NCBI GenBank assembly: GCA_945877805.1
Contig: CAMCSM010000003.1
Coordinates: 1,295-65,294, forward strand
Direction: 5' to 3'
Source of the DNA: Methylacidiphilum caldifontis
GTDB lineage: Bacteria > Verrucomicrobiota > Verrucomicrobiia > Methylacidiphilales > CAMAQI01
DNA length: 64,000 bases
Shown here: one piece after another, positions 25,994 to 35,615 of the stretch
Numbering within the stretch: the first letter of the stretch is position 1
How the letters are laid out: each line of letters opens with the position of its first letter
Notes under the pieces: model-generated
Told to the model about the DNA's origin: nothing
The model's input: only the letters and a program-made list of their open reading frames with translations
Databases searched by the model: none
Position numbers and translations under genes: made by a program

Positions 25994-27492
25994 TGAAAAC
26001 AACAGTCACCATTACCCTCCTCACGCTCCTCATCCTTGCTCCCCTTTCGTGGGGCGAGGAAAAACCGGGATCGAGCGAAATTAATATTATATTCGATGAG
26101 GGGTCCGACAAACCGCGAACGATTGACTTAAGTGCTAAAGTCTCTGAACCGAAAAATGCCTATCGGATCCAAAACATGCCGCTTAACGATTTTGTCATGG
26201 CGATGGCCCAAAAAGGGGGGCTCTCCTATGTGGCTAATCCTAAGGTCACGGGAAGCGTCAGCGGTCGCTTCACTCAAAATTCCCCCTTGGAAATGATCAA
26301 GGTCGCCGCTCGAGCGAACGGGTATGCGGTTCAAGAAAATAGCACCAATATCGAGCTCTTTAATGCCGATACCCTTGCGGCGCTTCCGCAGCAGGTTTAT
26401 ACACGACAGTTGAAGTATCTACGAGTTCCAGGAAAACCGGAAGATCAACAAAAGAAAATGCAGGAGCTTTTTAAAGGCTTTCTCTCCTCCGATCGCTCTC
26501 AGATTCAATTTGACTCAAAGACGAATACCCTTGTCGTACGGGATGTCGATTCCAACATCAACATCCTCGATTCGATGATTAATAAACTCGATGTCGATCG
26601 TCCGAATGTTCTCGTACGCGTCACGGCCGTTGAGGTCGACGCGAATCCTCGACGAATGTACGGAATCGATTGGCAAAACACCTTTGGAGAGTCTGGTCTG
26701 GATCTTTCGGCGACGACCGTCAACTCCCTCGCCTCGCTTCTGACGACGCAATTTGTTGCCACAACAGCGACTTCGGCACTACCGACTCACCCTGACTACG
26801 CTCTTGTGCTCCAACCGGGACAAGTGAAAGGAGTCCTCCGAGCCCTTGAAAAAAAGGGGCTTGCTGAGATTCGAGCTCAATTCTTTGTTTCAACAGAGGA
26901 TAACGAATTAGGAATGACAACGGTTGCACGACAAGAGCCGATCCCGACCTTTAGCGCGAACCAACAGACCGGAGGATTTGATATCACTGGATTTCAATAC
27001 AAACCGATTGGAGCAACGCTTCAGGTCACCCCGCAATTACTTCCGGATAACATCGTCCGACTTGCGATCAAACCGTCACTTAGCTCCTCTAATCAAACCA
27101 GAACCTTTACCTCAAATAACGGTGGGTTTACCGCCTCGGTTCCGATAATTGAAGAGCGCTCTACAGAGGTCACTGTGCGAGTTCCGTTAAATAAATCGCT
27201 GCTTCTCGGAGGCCTGCAGCAACTCTTTGGAACGGATCAATCCAATAAAGTCCCGATCCTCGGAGATATCCCGGTTCTTAAATTCTTTTTTTCGAGTCGC
27301 GATTATGAAAAAAGAACCCGCAATCTCATCCTCGTTGTCGAGCCGGGAACCCTTGATCCGCAAAACCCTGAAAATCTTCAAGAGGAAATTAATAAGATTA
27401 AGGATCAGATGAAATTTCAGCCCAAAGACTTTAATAAACCGATCTCTGATCTTTCTGCAAAAGCCTCCGATTTTAGTCCCTTTGCGCGATAA
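25993..27492 (+). CDS. Secretin (PilQ/GspD family)
   Basis: Signal peptide. C-terminal LLLGGLQQLF...NKVPILGDIPVLKFFF secretin motif. Confidence 0.85.
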   Translation: MKTTVTITLLTLLILAPLSWGEEKPGSSEINIIFDEGSDKPRTIDLSAKVSEPKNAYRIQNMPLNDFVMAMAQKGGLSYVANPKVTGSVSGRFTQNSPLEMIKVAARANGYAVQENSTNIELFNADTLAALPQQVYTRQLKYLRVPGKPEDQQKKMQELFKGFLSSDRSQIQFDSKTNTLVVRDVDSNINILDSMINKLDVDRPNVLVRVTAVEVDANPRRMYGIDWQNTFGESGLDLSATTVNSLASLLTTQFVATTATSALPTHPDYALVLQPGQVKGVLRALEKKGLAEIRAQFFVSTEDNELGMTTVARQEPIPTFSANQQTGGFDITGFQYKPIGATLQVTPQLLPDNIVRLAIKPSLSSSNQTRTFTSNNGGFTASVPIIEERSTEVTVRVPLNKSLLLGGLQQLFGTDQSNKVPILGDIPVLKFFFSSRDYEKRTRNLILVVEPGTLDPQNPENLQEEINKIKDQMKFQPKDFNKPISDLSAKASDFSPFAR

Positions 27493-27600
27493 CATAAATC
27501 GGTCAAAGACCGAAACCAAGGATATCTCCTCAATGAAAATATTCTCTATCCCATTCAAGTCCCATTGAATTCCGATTTATGAATTTTAAAATACAGTTTC
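27491..27600 (+). repeat. Repeat family B, copy B2
   Basis: aacataaatcggtcaaagaccgaaaccaaggatatctcctcaatgaaaat...cattgaattccgatttatgaattttaaaatacag. Confidence 0.85.
27565..27592 (+). promoter_or_regulatory. Sigma70-like promoter candidate inside repeat B2
   Basis: TTGAAT (27565-27570), 16 nt, TAAAAT (27587-27592). About 40 nt upstream of the ATG at 27632. Confidence 0.35.
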
Positions 27601-27631
27601 ATTTTTCGAAAGATTTCAAAGGTGAGGGACT

Positions 27632-28534
27632 ATGATACATCGCATTCTCAACCGAAAAAAAAGGACTGCGGTTTCCAAGCAGAACCCCAAAACGGAGTTC
27701 TCTTTAGGATTTTCCGCAAGTCAGTCGATGGAGTATGCAATCGATCAGATCCTCAAAGAGGCCTCGGAACTCCCCTTTTCCGAAAGCAATTTCGAGGAAT
27801 CCCCACTCGATCCTCAACCGATCCCACAAGATTGTGGATTTGAAACTCCAAATCTTCCGCTCCCTGCCTCCATTTTTGCAAAGAAAACCATATCGAAAAA
27901 CAAAACCTTTCGGGGACTTAACAATCCGTTAAAAGTACCTCACACACTTCAAAACAAACAGGCCCCTCCAGCTGTCCCTAAAAGCCCTCCATTTTCTATT
28001 CAGAAATCAACACAGCCCCCCTCCCCGATCAGCCTTCCCTCTGCTACGGCCCCCTCTTTTCCTCTTCCCCATGTTCCCCCCAGCTCCTCCCTTCAAGCGG
28101 TGAGGATTTCGATTGGAAAAGAACTCTTAAAGGCTGCTGCCGCCTGTCAAATGATCTCCATTCAAGAGGCGCATTCCATGGGCAGTAAGATCTCTCTCCC
28201 CAGCTCAGGTCTCTTAATCCCCCCTCTTGCAGAGCTCCTTCATCGTAACCCTGAGACCGTTCAAAAAAATCTTCTCTCAAAAATCGCTAAAATAAATATT
28301 CCGTTTGATTACTTTAAATCGCTGATCGGCAATCAGTCAGTCCAAAAATATCACTCTCTTTTAATTCCCTATAAAATCATTCCCCTCTTTTATCGAGGAA
28401 ACTCATTAACCGTTCTCGCAGAGCATCCCTTTCTGATTTCACTCACGGAGACCATTTTAAAGGAAAATCAGACTCCCGTTGCTTGGATTCATTTTATTCC
28501 TGCGACACTAGAAGATCTGGAGTCTCTCTCATGA
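27632..28534 (+). CDS. Pro-rich protein with C-terminal GspE-N/MshEN-like domain, no ATPase domain
   Basis: C-terminal ...SLLIPYKIIPLFYRGNSLTVLAEHPF... resembles the T2SSE_N fold signature. ATGA overlap with the ATPase gene. Confidence 0.45.
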   Translation: MIHRILNRKKRTAVSKQNPKTEFSLGFSASQSMEYAIDQILKEASELPFSESNFEESPLDPQPIPQDCGFETPNLPLPASIFAKKTISKNKTFRGLNNPLKVPHTLQNKQAPPAVPKSPPFSIQKSTQPPSPISLPSATAPSFPLPHVPPSSSLQAVRISIGKELLKAAAACQMISIQEAHSMGSKISLPSSGLLIPPLAELLHRNPETVQKNLLSKIAKINIPFDYFKSLIGNQSVQKYHSLLIPYKIIPLFYRGNSLTVLAEHPFLISLTETILKENQTPVAWIHFIPATLEDLESLS

Positions 28535-30207
28535 GCTACGCTGATACCATTCCCGTGATTCTTCGAGAACCGCTGACGGAGAAAATCGCAAAAGCGCTCT
28601 TTAAAAACCCAACGGAAATTGATCGGAATTTCGATCATCAACGGGAAGAGGATCTATTAGGGGCAGTGGCCTATCATCTTGATGCCCCTTATCTCGATCT
28701 TCAATCATCGATGATCGATCCTGAGCTTTATAAAAAATTTAATCCCGGCGATCTTCACCACCATCGATTTCTCCCCCTCTTCCAACAAGGCAAAACACTC
28801 TGGTGTGCCTCGCCAAATCCTTGGTTGATTCAAATCAAAGATACGATCCAAAATACCCTTCAATCGCCAGAGCTTCAAATCTCCTATTTTACCGTTTCAG
28901 ATAACGATCTGAGTGCTTGGATGAGACAACAAGGCCTCAATGGTCAAGGCTATGCAAAAACGGCAGAGACCCTTCAAATCACCAAAGAAAGTGTTGATCA
29001 AAGTATCTCCCTCTCCCCAGAAGCGAAACATGTCTGGGGACTCATCTCACAAATATTTATCGACTGTATTAACAAAAACGCGACCGAACTTCATTTTGAA
29101 CCGGAGGGAGAGCGCCTTCGTGTTCGCGCTGAAATCAATGGGACGCTCCAAGATCTCGACTCCCTCCCCTCCACACTCTCTGGGACGATCGATCATATCC
29201 TCTATTCCAAAACAAAAACGATGAAAGGAGATCGTTGGCGATTTCCTCAAAGCGGAAGCTTTACCTTTCCCTACCAAAATCGACAAATTAATGTCCGGAT
29301 TCAAACCGTCGGTCGCGACATTGGCAGGACCTCGCAACTCGTCCATACGACCGTTCGATTTCAAGACTCACAACGTAATAAACAGATCTCGATTGAATCC
29401 CTTCCCTTTGATCCTCAAATCCAAGAGTTGATCAAAAACTCAGTTCAAGAACCGGGTTCCCTCTCGATTATTGCCGGCCCAACAGGAAGTGGTAAAACAA
29501 CGACGCTGGGAGCGATCCTCAAGTTTCTTGCCACCGATGACAGAATGATCTACGCCGTCGAAGATCCTGTCGAAAATATCTACCCCGGAGTCATTCACGT
29601 CCTTGCCGATCGCGATTCGGGGATCACCTTTAGCTCGGTTCTCAAAGCGCTGCTTCGAAAAAAGCCTCATGTGATTATGGTGGGGGAGATGCGTGAGCGA
29701 GAGACAGGAGAGGTCGTTATCGAAGGAGCCCTCACCGGCCATATTATGTTGACGACCGTTCACTGTGATTTTGCCTGTGAAATTCCAGAACGACTGACCT
29801 ATCTCGGAATTCAGCCATTTCAAATCGCCAGCAAACTCAAGCTTTGTTCCTCGCAACGTCTCGTTAAAGAGCTCTGTCCTCATTGCTCCCGAGAGATTGA
29901 ACTCACCCCGGAATTTCAACGAACGAATCATTACCCAAAGGAGTGGATTGGAAAACAAATGAAATTCCATCACCCCTTAGGCTGTTCCCGATGTAATCAC
30001 GGCTACATTGCCAGAAGACCGATTATCGAAGTCATGCCTACCGACGCAAAACTGATTGATCTGATTTATTCAGGGGCAAGACCGCACGAACTTCAACGTT
30101 ATGCGGTCGAAAAACTTCAGATGAAAACCTTGAAACAATCGGCCTTGGAGCTGATTGAGCAGGGAATCACCGACTACGACGGCGTTAAATCAGGAATCTC
30201 AATCTAG
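28531..30207 (+). CDS. GspE/PilB-type assembly ATPase
   Basis: GPTGSGKTTTLGAIL, VIMVGEMRE, GHIMLTTVH and the tetracysteine CPHC...CSRC. Start moved to 28531. Confidence 0.9.
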   Translation: MSYADTIPVILREPLTEKIAKALFKNPTEIDRNFDHQREEDLLGAVAYHLDAPYLDLQSSMIDPELYKKFNPGDLHHHRFLPLFQQGKTLWCASPNPWLIQIKDTIQNTLQSPELQISYFTVSDNDLSAWMRQQGLNGQGYAKTAETLQITKESVDQSISLSPEAKHVWGLISQIFIDCINKNATELHFEPEGERLRVRAEINGTLQDLDSLPSTLSGTIDHILYSKTKTMKGDRWRFPQSGSFTFPYQNRQINVRIQTVGRDIGRTSQLVHTTVRFQDSQRNKQISIESLPFDPQIQELIKNSVQEPGSLSIIAGPTGSGKTTTLGAILKFLATDDRMIYAVEDPVENIYPGVIHVLADRDSGITFSSVLKALLRKKPHVIMVGEMRERETGEVVIEGALTGHIMLTTVHCDFACEIPERLTYLGIQPFQIASKLKLCSSQRLVKELCPHCSREIELTPEFQRTNHYPKEWIGKQMKFHHPLGCSRCNHGYIARRPIIEVMPTDAKLIDLIYSGARPHELQRYAVEKLQMKTLKQSALELIEQGITDYDGVKSGISI

Positions 30208-30218
30208 GCCCCCTTATT

Positions 30219-31424
30219 ATGCCCCTCTATCAAATCATCGGTTTAAATGTAAAAGGAGAAAAAGTGGTCACTCAATGGAGTGCCTCCAATGAGTCTGACC
30301 TCAAGGGAATCGCAAACAGTCAAAAGATCAGTTTACTGCACCATAAAATTCTCAATAACGATCAACCATTCACTGCCGCGAAGAGTCAGAAGCTTAAGCC
30401 GACTCAAGTCGCCATCTTTTGTGAGCGACTGGCCCCTTTGCTCGAAATGCGAGTTCCTCTCTCTCAAGCCCTTGCCTTTTTACATGAAAAATCTCCAGAT
30501 TCGATGATTCGAGGAATTGCACAAAATTTAAAAAACTCTCTAGAACAAATGCCTTTTCCTCAAGCCATTGAATCGTGCGGAAAATTTCCTCCCCTTGTTT
30601 CCGGTTCCATTAAAGCCGGAAACGACTCCGCCCTTCTTCCTGAAGTGCTTAATATTTTAGCCCGCTTCTATCGCGCCCAAGTCACGATGATCTCCTCGAT
30701 CCGAAATGCTCTTGTTCAGCCCTCCTTTGCTTTAGTCATCGTTCTCGGATATCTTCTTTTTTCGCTGATCTTTACGGTTCCCAATCTCGCTAAAATGATG
30801 GAGAGCATGAATGCAAAGCCGGGAGGGATTATGGCCCTTCAAATTTGGCTGTCGGAAATGCTTCGACAGTTTTGGCCGATCTCATTGGCCGGCTTTCTTT
30901 TCCTCATTTTTACGATTTTTACCGATAATCCGATACGACAAAAAGTATGGGAGTCGGCGATTCAGCGAATCGGCTTTTTACGCGAAGTTTTTTGGGGAAT
31001 GAGGCAGACCTCTTTACTTTATGCCATGGCGATTCTCTTTAAGGCAAATGTTCCCCATTCCCAGGTCCTTCACTATCTTATTGATGTCGCCAAAGGAACG
31101 CCGCTTGAGCTACAGCTTAAAAATGCCGAGGCTCACTTCCAAAATGAAGCAAAGCTCACTCATGCTCTCGAACTCCACGTCGATCTTGATCCCGATATTC
31201 TCTTTGCTCTCAAAGCCGGCCATGAATCCTCTCAACTCCCAGAACAAACTGAAAAGATTGCCAAACTTTACGAAAAACAGGTGATGCTCGCCTCGGAATC
31301 GATTGCGAATAAAATTACACCGATCATCATTATTCTCACGGCGGTTCTTGCCGTTAGCTCTTATCTCATGACCTTTGGCGCCACGATGTCGGTCACTATG
31401 AAACTGATGCGCGGGGGGCTCTGA
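30219..31424 (+). CDS. GspF/PilC-type platform protein
   Basis: Two T2SSF-like halves, 3-4 TM helices, 401 aa. Confidence 0.85.
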   Translation: MPLYQIIGLNVKGEKVVTQWSASNESDLKGIANSQKISLLHHKILNNDQPFTAAKSQKLKPTQVAIFCERLAPLLEMRVPLSQALAFLHEKSPDSMIRGIAQNLKNSLEQMPFPQAIESCGKFPPLVSGSIKAGNDSALLPEVLNILARFYRAQVTMISSIRNALVQPSFALVIVLGYLLFSLIFTVPNLAKMMESMNAKPGGIMALQIWLSEMLRQFWPISLAGFLFLIFTIFTDNPIRQKVWESAIQRIGFLREVFWGMRQTSLLYAMAILFKANVPHSQVLHYLIDVAKGTPLELQLKNAEAHFQNEAKLTHALELHVDLDPDILFALKAGHESSQLPEQTEKIAKLYEKQVMLASESIANKITPIIIILTAVLAVSSYLMTFGATMSVTMKLMRGGL

Positions 31425-31428
31425 TCTC

Positions 31429-31956
31429 ATGGACGGCCATTTACAGACAAGGGGAGGCTCTTCCTTTCTTTCTCAAAGAGGAGATCGATTTCGTAAAAAT
31501 CTCTCTCAAAGAGGACTTTCTCTCATTGAAACCGTTGTTGCGATGGTCGTGATGACCCTCGTTGCCGGGGCGATCACGCAAACGATGATCTCGATCGAAA
31601 AAACCCAGTTCCTTGCCGATCGACGCGCCGCTCTCATTACTGAAGCGGCGCGACAATCCGAGATCGTTCGGGGGATGCCACTGGCTCTCTTACTGACGGA
31701 ACTTCCGACTCCCGGATTAAAAACCGAACGGACAGGAACTAACGATGGAAAACTGACAGGGATCATTGTCAACGACCGTGAAAGAGCCTCCGTCTGGTGG
31801 ACCCGCACGGAAAACCGGCTTCCGATCTCAGGAGAGAAAACGCAATCGATTCAAATCGATCTCTCTTATACCCTTTGGGGAGATCAAGTGAAACTCGGCT
31901 CCACCAATCAAGTCCTTCGCCTGATGGAACGAGAAACGAGACTCGAAGCCGAATAG
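31429..31956 (+). CDS. Pseudopilin-like protein
   Basis: QRGLSLIETVVAMVVMTLVAG class III signal after a long leader. Confidence 0.55.
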   Translation: MDGHLQTRGGSSFLSQRGDRFRKNLSQRGLSLIETVVAMVVMTLVAGAITQTMISIEKTQFLADRRAALITEAARQSEIVRGMPLALLLTELPTPGLKTERTGTNDGKLTGIIVNDRERASVWWTRTENRLPISGEKTQSIQIDLSYTLWGDQVKLGSTNQVLRLMERETRLEAE

Positions 31957-32358
31957 TCCCTCACTGTTTGAATTCTTCGCAATATTTTTCGTCGAAACGA
32001 AAAATATGATCAACGATATAATATTTCATGGCAGGTCAACATTTTGAGTGTGAGGGACGCAAAATAGCGACACATTTAGAATAGTCGATATCGAGAGATT
32101 GTTTCATATTTGTGGGTTTGTAGTAAATCATAGTTGATTCGTTCGACTCCCGCCTCACTCAGGTCACGTCCTGTGACCCCCTTCGTCCGAAGGGTCATAT
32201 TTTTCGTTCCGACGAAAAATATTCGTCAAAGCCCGAAAACAAAAACAAAAGAAACTGTATTTTTAAAAATTCATAAATCGGAATTAAATGCATTTAAAAC
32301 TCTCCGCGTCTCAGCGACTCTGCGCGAGGCACTCCCCTGCCTTTTAAATGAATTTAAG
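31954..32358. repeat. Hairpin-dense intergenic block: family D units plus a family B half-copy
   Basis: Identical 11-bp-stem hairpins atatttttcgt-N4-acgaaaaatat at 31982-32007 and 32197-32222. Inverted repeat gtccctcac (31956-31964) with gtgagggac (32050-32058). B half-copy at 32252-32296. Confidence 0.8.
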
Positions 32359-33141
32359 CTAATCCCAACAGAGTGTCGTCGACGGTTTATCCGGATGGGC
32401 GCGATGGACACGGATATGATGGATTCCGGATTCCACGAGCTTACTCCGCATCACCTCTTCCGCTAATTCGGGGGAATTACAATCGGAACTCAAATGCCCT
32501 AAAAACAGATCTTCCAGTCGTTCGGTCGCGATTTCAACCGCCAAGGCGGCAGCGGCTAAGTTCGAAAGATGGCCATGACGGGAAAGAATCCGCTGCTTCA
32601 CCGACCAAGGGCGTTTTTTGTCCTCTTGAAGTTTTTGTAAATCGTAATTGGATTCCAAGACCAGGGCTCTCGCTTGACGAACCCGTTCGACGACAAGCTT
32701 CGTGGCATAGCCGAGATCGGTCAGAAATCCAATCGGCCCCTCTTTAAGATGAAAAAGAAATCCAACGGGATCATAGGCATCATGAGGAACGGAAAAGGTC
32801 TCGACTTGCATCTCCTCAACTAAAAGAACACTCCCGGTTTCAAAATAGTGCCATCCGGAAAATTCGCTCATCTTGGGACGGATCTGATCAGCGGTTAGTC
32901 GATTGCAATAGACAGGGATCTGATACTTCCGACTGATCACAGGCAAACCACAGATGTGATCATCATGCTCATGAGTGACAAAAATACCATTCACTTGATC
33001 GAGTCGTGCCCCAATCATCTCTAATCTCAACTCCACCTGCTTCGCACTGATCCCCGCATCGATGAGGTAGCGCCCTTTCTCGGTCTCCAAATAGGAGCAG
33101 TTCCCGCTACTTCCACTGGCAAGGATCGTAAAACGAGTCAT
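32359..33141 (-). CDS. MBL-fold metallo-hydrolase
   Basis: THEHDDH motif. ILASGSSGNCSYLE N-terminus typical of the YycJ-like MBL subfamily. Confidence 0.8.
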   Translation of the reverse strand: MTRFTILASGSSGNCSYLETEKGRYLIDAGISAKQVELRLEMIGARLDQVNGIFVTHEHDDHICGLPVISRKYQIPVYCNRLTADQIRPKMSEFSGWHYFETGSVLLVEEMQVETFSVPHDAYDPVGFLFHLKEGPIGFLTDLGYATKLVVERVRQARALVLESNYDLQKLQEDKKRPWSVKQRILSRHGHLSNLAAAALAVEIATERLEDLFLGHLSSDCNSPELAEEVMRSKLVESGIHHIRVHRAHPDKPSTTLCWD

Positions 33142-33195
33142 TGTCTTTTGCTTCCTGAAAAACGAGGGATAAAATAAACAATCACAAGAATCCCT

Positions 33196-33795
33196 TTAAG
33201 CCGATTTGGAGCGCCAACAACGCCCGAGAAGCCAGCCCGCTATTCCTCCGCCGATATGGGCGGTATGGGCGATAAAGGAGAGCCACCCCATTTTCCAACA
33301 GAGAACCTCGACCGCAAGAGAGCCCCAGAAAAACCAACGAATCTCCCCGCGAAGCGGAATCACGAACATCACCAACACTTTCACATAGCGCCGCGGATCG
33401 AAAGAGGCCCAGGCTCCAAAAATCGCAAAGACAGCCCCGCTCGCCCCAGCTAATACCTCAATATTTTGGGTGACCCCTTTTTCTGTTACAAACCATAGAA
33501 CGACGGCCCCGACAAGTCCGGCAAGATAAAGTACGGCATAGCGTTTACTCCCCAGCTCCCATTCCAACTCTCGGCCCATGTAATGAATGGTTAAAAGATT
33601 AAAAAGAATATGAATCGGCATCTCCACAGAATGAATCCATCCGTAAGTCAAAATTTGCCACCATGAGCCGGATTTAAAACTCTCAAGTTGAAAGGCGAGG
33701 AGAATGGCGATGAGATCGGTCTTGAAGACATACATCGACAAAACTTGTAACAGATAGGTGGTGATTGCTGAGGTAATAATCAGGGTGGTGATCAT
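33196..33795 (-). CDS. Rhomboid family intramembrane serine protease
   Basis: HILFNLL and GASGAVFAIFG motifs, plus a histidine in a later helix (AHIGG). Confidence 0.8.
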   Translation of the reverse strand: MITTLIITSAITTYLLQVLSMYVFKTDLIAILLAFQLESFKSGSWWQILTYGWIHSVEMPIHILFNLLTIHYMGRELEWELGSKRYAVLYLAGLVGAVVLWFVTEKGVTQNIEVLAGASGAVFAIFGAWASFDPRRYVKVLVMFVIPLRGEIRWFFWGSLAVEVLCWKMGWLSFIAHTAHIGGGIAGWLLGRCWRSKSA

Positions 33796-34667
33796 GAGAG
33801 CACCTCCAGTGAAAAATCGATCGCTTTCACACTATGGGTTAACGCCCCCACGGAAATAAAATCGACCCCACATGCCGCAACCTCCGGTAATCGCTCTAAG
33901 GTCATCCCTCCGGAGGCCTCGGTTTCACACCGTCCGGCAATCCAATCGACCGATTCCTTCATTTGAGCCACTGTCATATTATCCAAGAGAATGCGATCGA
34001 TCTTTAAGTCGACAATCCATTTCACTTGATCGACGGTATCGGCCTCAATCACAATTTTGAGGGGGGGATCCCATTGACGAGCTTTGGCGACAACCGCTTT
34101 CATCTCCTCTGGATTTTTAAAAAAGGCGAGATGATTGTCTTTAAATAAAAACATATCATAAAGACCAATGCGATGGTTCATCCCTCCCCCACACGCGACA
34201 GCATATTTCTCTAAGATTCTTAATCCGGGAGTTGTTTTACGGGTATCCAAAATGCGCGTCTTTGTCCCCCGAACTCTCTCCACATAGCGATCGGTCTGAG
34301 TCGCAATTCCAGAAAGATGTTGGAGATAATTTAAAGCACTCCGTTCGGCCGTGAGAATCGAACGAAGCGACCCTTCGACCTCTAAAATCACCTCCCCGGC
34401 TTGAATCCGGCTCGAATCCCCCTTCAAAGGAGTTAATTTCAACGCAGGATCAGTCTCGATAAAAACACGTTCTGCAACCGGGAGACCGGAAAGTACCGCC
34501 ACCTCCCGAGTCACAATCCGCGCCCGCGCAGTGGCTCCTTCAGGAATTGAGATCCAGCTGGTAACATCGAGCGGACCTCGATCCTCTCCGAGGGCACGAC
34601 AAGCAGCCTCTCGTAAAATCGGCCCCTCTAAAACAGGAAGCCCAGAATTAAGAAAGTCGGCCTTCAT
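33792..34667 (-). CDS. nadC: Nicotinate-nucleotide pyrophosphorylase (carboxylating)
   Basis: ALGEDRGPLDVTS, TRKTTPGLR, GGGMNHR and LLDNM motifs. Start moved to 34667. Confidence 0.85.
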   Translation of the reverse strand: MKADFLNSGLPVLEGPILREAACRALGEDRGPLDVTSWISIPEGATARARIVTREVAVLSGLPVAERVFIETDPALKLTPLKGDSSRIQAGEVILEVEGSLRSILTAERSALNYLQHLSGIATQTDRYVERVRGTKTRILDTRKTTPGLRILEKYAVACGGGMNHRIGLYDMFLFKDNHLAFFKNPEEMKAVVAKARQWDPPLKIVIEADTVDQVKWIVDLKIDRILLDNMTVAQMKESVDWIAGRCETEASGGMTLERLPEVAACGVDFISVGALTHSVKAIDFSLEVLS

Positions 34668-35433
34668 CGAGATCAATGAGATCGAAATAAGTCTCAATTT
34701 TTCGTTTTGCAGGAGCCATGAGCTTTACCTTCTTTTGAAAATCAGCGACCTTCTCCGGAGAATCCGGAGCACGACGCATCAGCCGTTCGTTGATCTCTTG
34801 AATCGCATTTTGAGTCGGCCAACAGCTCCCTAGAGTTCCCTTTAACCAGTTCAAAATCTCCTCATCGGTTTTCATCGTTTGAGCTGCCGCTTCAAACTCC
34901 TTGGCATCGATACAGATGAAATCTAAAATCGTCTTATCAAATCCAACTGTGAGATAATTATATCCCGCCAACTTTCCTGCCGGATAAAGACGACATTTAT
35001 CAATCAATCGAGGAAGATAAACCAATCCCCCCAGACGATCTAAAGGACTCCGCGGACAAAACTCAGGTGCATGACTGACAGGAAGCCCCGCGGCTATCCA
35101 CGATTTAAAGCCCCCCGCAACAGACTTCACTTGGGTGTACCCCATCTTCTGGAGATTATCGACAACCAATGCAGAGCGAAAACCGCCACTACAATAACAA
35201 AGGATCACTGAATCGAAATCCGGAATTCTCGCTTCGATATCCCGCTCGATAACTCCCTTCGAAAGAAAAATTGCTCCAGGGGCATGTCCCTCATTCCATT
35301 CGGACTGCTCACGAACATCGATTAAATAAGTCCCCATCGATTTTTTGAGCGCTTGAGCCTCCTGAACAGAAATATCCCGAATTCTCGTTTTCGCCGACTC
35401 CACTAATTTTAAAAAACCTGAAGAATGCTGCAT
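34648..35433 (-). CDS. Rhodanese domain protein with DUF5069-like C-terminal domain
   Basis: Active-site loop CYCSGGFRSA. C-terminal YLPRLIDKCR...FDKTILDF. Start moved to 35433 because the longer N-terminus is translated repeat B3. Confidence 0.7.
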   Translation of the reverse strand: MQHSSGFLKLVESAKTRIRDISVQEAQALKKSMGTYLIDVREQSEWNEGHAPGAIFLSKGVIERDIEARIPDFDSVILCYCSGGFRSALVVDNLQKMGYTQVKSVAGGFKSWIAAGLPVSHAPEFCPRSPLDRLGGLVYLPRLIDKCRLYPAGKLAGYNYLTVGFDKTILDFICIDAKEFEAAAQTMKTDEEILNWLKGTLGSCWPTQNAIQEINERLMRRAPDSPEKVADFQKKVKLMAPAKRKIETYFDLIDLDEGRLS

Positions 35434-35475
35434 CTCAAGATTTATGAATTCAAAATCCCTCCATGGCAAACTATT

Positions 35476-35575
35476 AAACATAAATCGGTTAAAGACCGAA
35501 ACCAAGGATATCTCCTCAATAAAATATTCTCTACCCCGTTCCAGTCGCATTGAATTCCGATTTGTGAATAAGATC
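35476..35575 (+). repeat. Repeat family B, copy B3
   Basis: aacataaatcggttaaagaccgaaaccaaggatatctcctcaataaaat...cattgaattccgatttgtgaat. A B 3'-end fragment also lies at 35440-35457. Confidence 0.85.
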
Positions 35576-35615
35576 ACTGACTTGCAAAATCGAGTCTTAG
35601 GGCTATCTCTTTCCC

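Noticed and set aside
27187-27558. A 123-aa ORF and the first 48 codons of ORF 34648..35577 share the peptide IEEISLVSVF(D/N)RFM.
   Set aside because: The shared peptide is simply repeat family B translated. These are not real proteins or homologues. The rhodanese start was moved to 35433.
32139-32163. A possible tRNA gene (ttcgactcccgcctcactca).
   Set aside because: Only the T-loop-to-acceptor 3' portion is present. The upstream sequence cannot form T-stem, anticodon or D arms, so it is at most a tRNA fragment. It is mentioned under the 31954-32358 finding.
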